Part shown: piece after piece, positions 58,124 through 64,000 of the stretch
Layout of the letters: each line of letters starts with the position of its first letter
Numbering within the stretch: position 1 is the first letter of the stretch
Source: Bacteroidales bacterium
GTDB lineage: Bacteria; Bacteroidota; Bacteroidia; Bacteroidales; 4484-276
Direction of reading: 5' to 3'
Length of the DNA: 64,000 nt
Assembly: GCA_014860585.1 (NCBI GenBank)
Contig: JACZJL010000068.1
Span: 29,042 to 93,041, forward strand
Position numbers and translations under genes: made by a program
The notes under the pieces: model-generated
The model's database searches: none
Told to the model about the DNA's origin: nothing
What the model saw: the letters and a program-made list of their open reading frames with translations, nothing else

Positions 58124-58969
58124 ATGTTAAAAAAAGTCGAAGTAGTAGCAAATATTATTCTCGCATTTATTGGCTTGGTTGCAGGTATAGTTTTTTTCAT
58201 TTATGAAATGAAGGAGTTGAGTGTAGTGTTTTTTGCCATTGCCATAGGAAGCATTCTTTATCAATTTTTAGGCGGCATTGGAGAGCAAAACACGGTAACA
58301 TTCGGGTTCATAAAATTTGGCGGAGCGGCAGCCATATTGCTTGGATTTATGTATTTTCTAAAAGAAGTTGTCCTCGATCCCGTACCAAAAGATCTTTCCC
58401 TGAGCATAAACCCTGAGCAGGGATGGGTGCCGATAGATACTGAAACCGGAAAGATTAAAAAAATAACCATCTCCAACGGCAGCACCAAAGCTGTATTTCC
58501 CGACTCTGTTAATGAAATGCTTGCACAGGAACGGAAAAATCATGAATACCAATTATCCAGAATATCGCCATCAAAATTCTCTCTCGAGCTAAAAAGCAAA
58601 CCAACCGATACCGTAGGATTTATTGACCTTAATAACTTTACAGAGACCGGGCTTTTCAATAAAGTTAAGATTGCCGAAGATTCAAGAGCTATTCAAATAT
58701 TTACACTTTATCCTGATGACCCGACAAAAAACTCTTCCAAAAAAATTGAAACGATTGCTCTTCCCTTTGAAATCAAAGTTTTCGGTACATCAAGGTTCAG
58801 CATCGAGCCATTTATTGAAAACCAGGAAGTTGTAATAAAAACCAGCTGGATTATACCTTACGGAACCAACAATGTATACGCAGTCTTTTTGGAACAGGCC
58901 AACTCGACGGATTCTATAAAATTTTCAAAATGGCTGGTCGAAAAGCTAGCCTTGAAACTCGAAAAATAA
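58124..58969 (+). CDS. hypothetical membrane-anchored protein (two N-terminal TMs plus an extracytoplasmic domain)
   Basis: 281 aa clean ORF with no recognised domain. Confidence 0.5.
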   Translation: MLKKVEVVANIILAFIGLVAGIVFFIYEMKELSVVFFAIAIGSILYQFLGGIGEQNTVTFGFIKFGGAAAILLGFMYFLKEVVLDPVPKDLSLSINPEQGWVPIDTETGKIKKITISNGSTKAVFPDSVNEMLAQERKNHEYQLSRISPSKFSLELKSKPTDTVGFIDLNNFTETGLFNKVKIAEDSRAIQIFTLYPDDPTKNSSKKIETIALPFEIKVFGTSRFSIEPFIENQEVVIKTSWIIPYGTNNVYAVFLEQANSTDSIKFSKWLVEKLALKLEK

Positions 58970-59105
58970 TCCATGCAATTTATTGGAAGTAAGAATTTAC
59001 TTACATGAAAATTTCAGGCAAATTGCCATTGTTAACCCGAAAGTGTTTCTCAGCACAATAGACGGATAACCAACTGAAATTCATTTGTGTACTTTCAACC
59101 ACCCC

Positions 59106-60185
59106 CTACTTTGGCGCCATCCTGATCATAAAGATACTGAGGAAGCCGTAGATGATGTTGGGAATCCAGACGGCAAGCATGGGGGGGACGCCGCCAACAG
59201 CTGCAAATACCTGGCTCACCTGCATGAACATAATGTAGGAGAAGGTGAGGGCGATGCCGACTCCGAGATGCATCCCGATGCCGCCGCGAATCTTGCGGCT
59301 GGAGAGGGAAACACCAATGAGGGTGAGGATCAGCGTGGAGAACGGAAACGCATAGCGGCGGTATTGCTCCACCTTGTATTCGCCGATTTTCGGAGAGCCG
59401 CGAAGGCGCTCTTTTTCGATGAAAGCACCCAATTCAAAATAGTCCATGGTTTTGATGTCGTCGCTGATGATGGTGAACTCCGATGGCAACAGGTTGATCA
59501 GGGTATCCATCTCCAGCCCTTTAACCAATAACTCGGTTGAATCGTTGAGATAACGGGCGTAATAATTGCTGATTTTCCATTTGCCGGTAGATGGCACCCA
59601 CTCGAACCGATCAGAATTGAGCTTGTAAACCATGCTGCCATCCGTGTCGAACTGCTCCATCGAAAATTTCTGCCCTACATTGGTAAACGTGTTGTAGCTT
59701 TCCACATAAATAAAAACCCCCGGATTGATCTGCATGTGAATATTCATGGCTTCATTCCTGATCGGGTTTTTGATATAGGTTTTCTCGAATTCCCACATGG
59801 TTTTGTTGGTGTTGGGAATCAGAAAATTGGCCATGTAAAGCGACAAAATTCCGATGAAAGTTGCAGAAATGAAGTAGGGCCATAGAAATCTTTTAAAGCT
59901 AATCCCGCTGCTCAGAATGGCCACGATCTCCGTATTCTGTGCCATTTTAGAGGTAAAGAAAATGACCGCAATAAAGGTGAACAGGTAGCTGAACATGTTC
60001 ACAAAAAAAGGGATGAAGTTCAGGTAATAATCAAAGACAATAGCCCGGAGTGGCGCCTCTTTTTCGAGAAAGTCGTCAATTTTTTCGGACAGGTCAAAAA
60101 TGATGATCACCACCGACAGCAGGGCAATGGAGTAGAAAAAGGTACCCAGGAATTTCTTGATGATATAGATGTCGATGATTTTCAT
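59106..60185 (-). CDS. LptF/LptG family LPS export permease (YjgP/YjgQ)
   Basis: 359 aa (MKIIDIYIIKKFLGTFFYSIALLSVVIIIFDLSEKIDDFLEK...). Six TMs surround a periplasmic beta-jellyroll domain. Confidence 0.75.
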   Translation of the reverse strand: MKIIDIYIIKKFLGTFFYSIALLSVVIIIFDLSEKIDDFLEKEAPLRAIVFDYYLNFIPFFVNMFSYLFTFIAVIFFTSKMAQNTEIVAILSSGISFKRFLWPYFISATFIGILSLYMANFLIPNTNKTMWEFEKTYIKNPIRNEAMNIHMQINPGVFIYVESYNTFTNVGQKFSMEQFDTDGSMVYKLNSDRFEWVPSTGKWKISNYYARYLNDSTELLVKGLEMDTLINLLPSEFTIISDDIKTMDYFELGAFIEKERLRGSPKIGEYKVEQYRRYAFPFSTLILTLIGVSLSSRKIRGGIGMHLGVGIALTFSYIMFMQVSQVFAAVGGVPPMLAVWIPNIIYGFLSIFMIRMAPK

Positions 60186-60227
60186 TGTGCTGTCCGATGG
60201 ATAGTTAACTCAAAGGCGGTGTTAAAA

Positions 60228-61358
60228 TTATAGACGGTTGCTCAATTTGGGGATCATCATAGTTTTCCACTCTAAAAAGCTGCCTTCAAGGATTTTCTCC
60301 CTTGCTGTTTTGACGAGCCAGAGGTAGAAAGCCACGTTGTGCAGGCTGGCGATCATTGGCGCCAGGTATTCGTTGGAAGCAAAAAGATGCCTCAGAAAGG
60401 CTTTAGAGTAGGCACTGTCAACGAATGATGTGCCGTTGGGGTCAATGGGGGAGAAATCGCTTTTCCATTTCTCATTTTTCATGTTCATAATGCCTTCAGA
60501 AGTGAACAGCATGGCATTGCGGCCATTGCGGGTGGGCATCACGCAGTCGAACATATCAATACCTAATGCAATGCTCTCCAGAATATTAACCGGAGTTCCA
60601 ACACCCATCAGGTATCGGGGGCGATCAACGGGCAGGATTTTACATACCAGGTCTGTCATTTCGTACATCATTTCGGCCGGCTCGCCCACTGAGAGTCCGC
60701 CAATGGCATTTCCTTCAGCATTTTTTGAGGCAACAAATTCAGCAGAACGTTTCCTGAGATCGGCAAAGGTACTGCCCTGAACTATCGGGAAGAGCGACTG
60801 TTGGTAGCCATATTTTGGTGTGGTTTTCTCAAAATGGTCAATGCAGCGATCTAACCAGCGGTGGGTCATTTCCATGGATTTCCGGGCATAATCATACTCG
60901 CACGGCCAGGGCGTGCATTCGTCGAAAGCCATCATGATGTCAGCGCCGATGGTTCGCTGCACGTCCATGACGCTTTCAGGAGTAAACATGTGTTTTGAGC
61001 CGTCAATATGCGAGCGGAAATGTGCTCCTTCTTCGGTGATTTTTCGTTGTGCTGATAAAGAAAAAACCTGGTAACCGCCGCTGTCCGTCAATATTGGCTT
61101 GCTCCAGCCATTGAACCTGTGCAGTCCGCCGGCCTTTTCGATCACCTCCACACCCGGCCTGAGGTAAAGATGATAGGTATTCCCCAGAATGATCTCAGCG
61201 CCGGCATCATCACTCACATCCCTGAAATGAATGGCCTTCACCGTTCCTGCGGTGCCCACAGGCATAAAAATCGGTGTGTGAATGGTTCCATGGTCGGTCT
61301 GTATGATTCCTGCGCGGGCAGAACTTTGGTTGTCAGTCGCTTGAAGCTTAAATTCCAT
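60228..61358 (-). CDS. tgt: queuine tRNA-ribosyltransferase (tRNA-guanine transglycosylase)
   Basis: 376 aa. The N-terminus matches Tgt (F.LQATD...ARAG.I.T.HG.I.TP.FMPVGT). The active-site Asp region is GGYQVFSLS, and the zinc site CDC...C...H is present near the C-terminus (FDCVMPTRNGRN). Confidence 0.85.
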   Translation of the reverse strand: MEFKLQATDNQSSARAGIIQTDHGTIHTPIFMPVGTAGTVKAIHFRDVSDDAGAEIILGNTYHLYLRPGVEVIEKAGGLHRFNGWSKPILTDSGGYQVFSLSAQRKITEEGAHFRSHIDGSKHMFTPESVMDVQRTIGADIMMAFDECTPWPCEYDYARKSMEMTHRWLDRCIDHFEKTTPKYGYQQSLFPIVQGSTFADLRKRSAEFVASKNAEGNAIGGLSVGEPAEMMYEMTDLVCKILPVDRPRYLMGVGTPVNILESIALGIDMFDCVMPTRNGRNAMLFTSEGIMNMKNEKWKSDFSPIDPNGTSFVDSAYSKAFLRHLFASNEYLAPMIASLHNVAFYLWLVKTAREKILEGSFLEWKTMMIPKLSNRL

Positions 61359-61433
61359 CAGTGTAAAAGTAAATAAAAACAGGTGGCAAAGATAGGGTTT
61401 TTGATCAGGGGTGGCTCGAAATAAGGATTTGGG

Positions 61434-61886
61434 TTACTCCTTGTTTTTTGTATCAATAACGATAGTAACCGGCCCGTCGTTTACCAGAGAAACCAGCATG
61501 TAAGCGCCAAACTCGCCGGTTTGAGAGGGTCTCCCCAAATCCCTCTCAAGTTGGATTTTGAATCTTTCGTAAAGCGGGATAGCGATTTCGGGGCGGGCTG
61601 CCTTGATGTAGGAAGGACGGTTTCCCTTTTTGGTGCTGGCGTGCAGTGTAAACTGGCTGATGAGCAATATTTCGCCATTGACCTCGCAAACCGAACGGTT
61701 CATCACCCCGTCGTCATCGTTAAAAATCCTGAGTCGCGAAATTTTCCCGCTCAGCCATTCGATGTCCGCATCATCATCGGCCTCCTCAATTCCCAAAAGA
61801 ACCAAAAGACCCTGGCCGATTTTACCGGTAATTTTGTCTTCAATTTTAACTGATGCCTGTGTAACCCGCTGAATGACTGCCCTCAT
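61434..61886 (-). CDS. dtd: D-aminoacyl-tRNA deacylase
   Basis: The start is the internal Met (complement of 61884-61886), giving MRAVIQRVTQASVKIEDKITGKIGQGLLVLLGI... The C-terminus ends in the SQFTL.. and NDGPVT hallmark motifs. The 175-aa ORF from 61961 would overlap pdxJ. Confidence 0.8.
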   Translation of the reverse strand: MRAVIQRVTQASVKIEDKITGKIGQGLLVLLGIEEADDDADIEWLSGKISRLRIFNDDDGVMNRSVCEVNGEILLISQFTLHASTKKGNRPSYIKAARPEIAIPLYERFKIQLERDLGRPSQTGEFGAYMLVSLVNDGPVTIVIDTKNKE

Positions 61887-61936
61887 AGTTCGAATTTTAA
61901 GATAATTTACAGCGGCAAACTTAACAAATATTACCT

Positions 61937-62668
61937 TTGCCAAAAACAGAAATGATGACACGATTAAGCGTAAACATCAATAAAATAGCCACTTTGCGCA
62001 ATGCCCGCGGTGGCAATATGCCGGATGTAATCAAAGCGGCCATGGATTGCGAGCGTTTTGGCGCCCAGGGAATCACCGTTCACCCACGCCCCGACGAGCG
62101 GCACATCCGCCGGCAGGATGTATTCGACCTGCGTCCGGTGGTGAAAACTGAATTTAATATCGAAGGCTATCCATCAAAAGAGTTTATCGACATGGTAATT
62201 CGTGCCAAACCCGAACAGGTTACGCTGGTTCCCGATCCACCGAATGTCCTGACTTCAAATGCCGGCTGGGACACCATCAAAAATGAAAGTTTCCTGATTG
62301 AGGTGATCGGGGAATTTCACCGGCACAAGATCAGAACCTCGATTTTTATCGAAACCGATGCACGGATGATCGAAAATGCAGCTAAAACTGGCACCGACAG
62401 GGTGGAACTTTACACGGAGAGCTATGCAACCAATTTTCCAAAAAACAGGGAAGAAGCCGTAAAACCTTTTGTTGAGGCCGCCAAAGTAGCTGCATCAGTG
62501 GGTTTGGGGTTAAATGCCGGCCATGATCTTAGTCTGGTAAACCTGAAGTATTTTGCCCGGAATATCCCCAATCTCCTCGAAGTTTCCATCGGCCATGCCC
62601 TCATCTGCGATGCGCTTTATTTAGGCCTGGAAAATACGATCCAGCTTTATCTTAATCAACTCAGGTAG
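61937..62668 (+). CDS. pdxJ: pyridoxine 5'-phosphate synthase
   Basis: 243 aa ([17 protein letters not shown]...[13 protein letters not shown]...NIEG...GLNAGHDL). The start could be the Met at 61952 or 61955 instead. Confidence 0.85.
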   Translation: MPKTEMMTRLSVNINKIATLRNARGGNMPDVIKAAMDCERFGAQGITVHPRPDERHIRRQDVFDLRPVVKTEFNIEGYPSKEFIDMVIRAKPEQVTLVPDPPNVLTSNAGWDTIKNESFLIEVIGEFHRHKIRTSIFIETDARMIENAAKTGTDRVELYTESYATNFPKNREEAVKPFVEAAKVAASVGLGLNAGHDLSLVNLKYFARNIPNLLEVSIGHALICDALYLGLENTIQLYLNQLR

Positions 62669-62885
62669 TTGGTATCAAATGCTCGAATTGTCTTTTTAAT
62701 CCTATGTGAATTCTATGTTTTCTATCTTTCTATGTGTTTCAAAATTCATAAAACTTCAATCCTTTCCAGTAGTAAAAGTCAGGTTAAAAAAACTTTCCAA
62801 ACTGTACTTTGTTTAATAGACTGTCAAACGGATGTGATTTGTGTGAATCATGCAGTTGGCAAGGTAAAGGAGTTAATTCAAAAAA

Positions 62886-63335
62886 ATGAGAATCAGATTA
62901 GTATCAGAGGTAAACAGGCCATTTGATTGGGTTTCGGGTCATTTCGACAAGGAGCTGTTTGTGTTTTTACTGCCTCCGCCGTTTGTTGCCCGTTTGATTC
63001 GGTATGACGGGTCTGACCCCGGAAACCTTGTTCATATCCGTTTTCTGCTTCCCTGGCGCTCCGACTGGATCAGTAAAATCATCAGTTCTAAGCGCAACAC
63101 TGAAGCTTTTGAGTTTGTTGATATTGGCGAGAAGTTGCCTTTTGGTTTGAAAACCTGGAAGCATCAACACATAGTGAAGAAGCTGAATGAAAAGCAGTCG
63201 CAAATCATTGATGATATGAGTTTTTCGACCTGTTGCAAGATTTTTGATCTGCTCATTTATCCGGTACTTTACCTGGCCTTTTCCCCCCGTAAACAGCTAT
63301 ATAAAAGGTATTTTGAAAAAACTGAAGCACCATGA
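62886..63335 (+). CDS. hypothetical protein
   Basis: 149 aa ORF with no recognised motif. It overlaps the next gene by 4 nt. Confidence 0.4.
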   Translation: MRIRLVSEVNRPFDWVSGHFDKELFVFLLPPPFVARLIRYDGSDPGNLVHIRFLLPWRSDWISKIISSKRNTEAFEFVDIGEKLPFGLKTWKHQHIVKKLNEKQSQIIDDMSFSTCCKIFDLLIYPVLYLAFSPRKQLYKRYFEKTEAP

Positions 63336-63667
63336 AAACAGCAAAAATATTAGCAATAACCGGGACGCTGGTCATGTGTTGCACACTGGTCTGGGGCTTT
63401 ATTTACGGCGATTTCTGGTCCGAAGGCAGTGTGCTCACTTCCCTGGTCTGGGGGCGCGTCAGCCTGATTGACGTTTATGTCGGTTTCTCGATTGTTGGCG
63501 CCTGGGCTGCTTTCCGGGAGGTAAATTTTTGGAGATCAATAGCGTGGATTCTTGGATTTTTTATCCTGGGAAATTTTCTGGCCTGCCTTTACATCTGGAT
63601 TCAGTTGGAACGGTCGGGCGGGAGCTGGACAAAATTTTGGTTTGGAAACAGAACAATTACGAATTAA
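63332..63667 (+). CDS. small membrane protein (DUF1475-like, 3-4 TMs)
   Basis: 111 aa with hydrophobic helices (MKTAKILAITGTLVMCCTLVWGFIYGDFW...). Confidence 0.5.
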   Translation: MKTAKILAITGTLVMCCTLVWGFIYGDFWSEGSVLTSLVWGRVSLIDVYVGFSIVGAWAAFREVNFWRSIAWILGFFILGNFLACLYIWIQLERSGGSWTKFWFGNRTITN

Positions 63668-63680
63668 AAATCAATTATAA

Positions 63681-63947
63681 ATGGATATTTCAAGTTGGCG
63701 GGAAGTGGCCTACAACAATAAATTTGACAGCACGGTAAAATTCATTCACAACATGAAAAACAACGATCCCACTTTTACAATCAAAGAACTCGAAGGAATG
63801 CTACAGAGTGAGTACGATCGTGAAGGACTGGCCTGGGACGGGCGGGGCGAAGTCGTGGAAATTGCCATTCAGGCAACCATCGCCGCAATGCAACAGGAAA
63901 TACTGAACTGGAGGAAAGAAATCTCAGCTAAGTTAGAATTGCCATGA
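63681..63947 (+). CDS. hypothetical small protein
   Basis: 88 aa ORF with no recognised motif. Confidence 0.35.
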   Translation: MDISSWREVAYNNKFDSTVKFIHNMKNNDPTFTIKELEGMLQSEYDREGLAWDGRGEVVEIAIQATIAAMQQEILNWRKEISAKLELP

Positions 63948-64000
63948 TGCTTCTATTAAAATCATCTGAAAAAAGCTGGAAGTCCCACAACCAATGCCCA

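Noticed and set aside
1-64000. Search for CRISPR arrays, transposases, integrases, phage genes and known defence-system cores
   Set aside because: I found no regularly spaced direct repeats. No ORF has transposase, integrase or recombinase motifs, and no reverse transcriptase, nuclease-helicase or cyclase modules are present. The window appears to be core chromosome with a few accessory-like inserts (mazEF and the small secreted proteins).

Overview
This 64 kb window looks like chromosomal DNA from a gliding, T9SS-bearing member of the Bacteroidota. The evidence is a GldH-like lipoprotein, four proteins with T9SS C-terminal sorting domains, Bacteroidetes-type TTTG/TAnnTTTG promoters, and about 43-45% GC. 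Most of the content is housekeeping: purF (partial), purH, mreBCD, mutY, HU, rng, pssA, ruvB, udk, pdxJ, dtd, lptF/G and one tRNA-Pro(CGG). Identifiable modules are listed below.
- A selenium-utilisation operon: rnhA, selU (tRNA 2-selenouridine synthase) and a NifS-like::SelD fusion.
- Three dispersed queuosine genes: queA, queD and tgt.
- A seven-gene efflux locus: TetR, TolC, HlyD, two ABC ATPases and two ABC-2 permeases.
- A mazEF toxin-antitoxin pair.
- An overlapping UbiA-prenyltransferase/CPBP-protease pair.
- A tryptophanase-family gene.
- A flotillin/NfeD pair.
- A two-component system.
I found no transposase, integrase, CRISPR array or recognisable phage or defence island. The items I consider most worth follow-up are listed here.
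- An unannotated 29-codon, extremely basic ORF just downstream of HU that resembles ribosomal protein bS22.
- A roughly 160-bp element with densely interleaved inverted repeats in the 3' UTR of a T9SS BNR protein, next to the TetR promoter.
- A Cys/Lys-rich small secreted protein with internal tandem repeats beside the two-component system.
- A Pro/Gly-rich, C-terminally anchored small protein co-transcribed with a large T9SS beta-helix protein.
- A two-gene secreted module that includes a transglutaminase-like core.
All calls rest on reading the translated ORFs and motifs by eye. No database searches were run.
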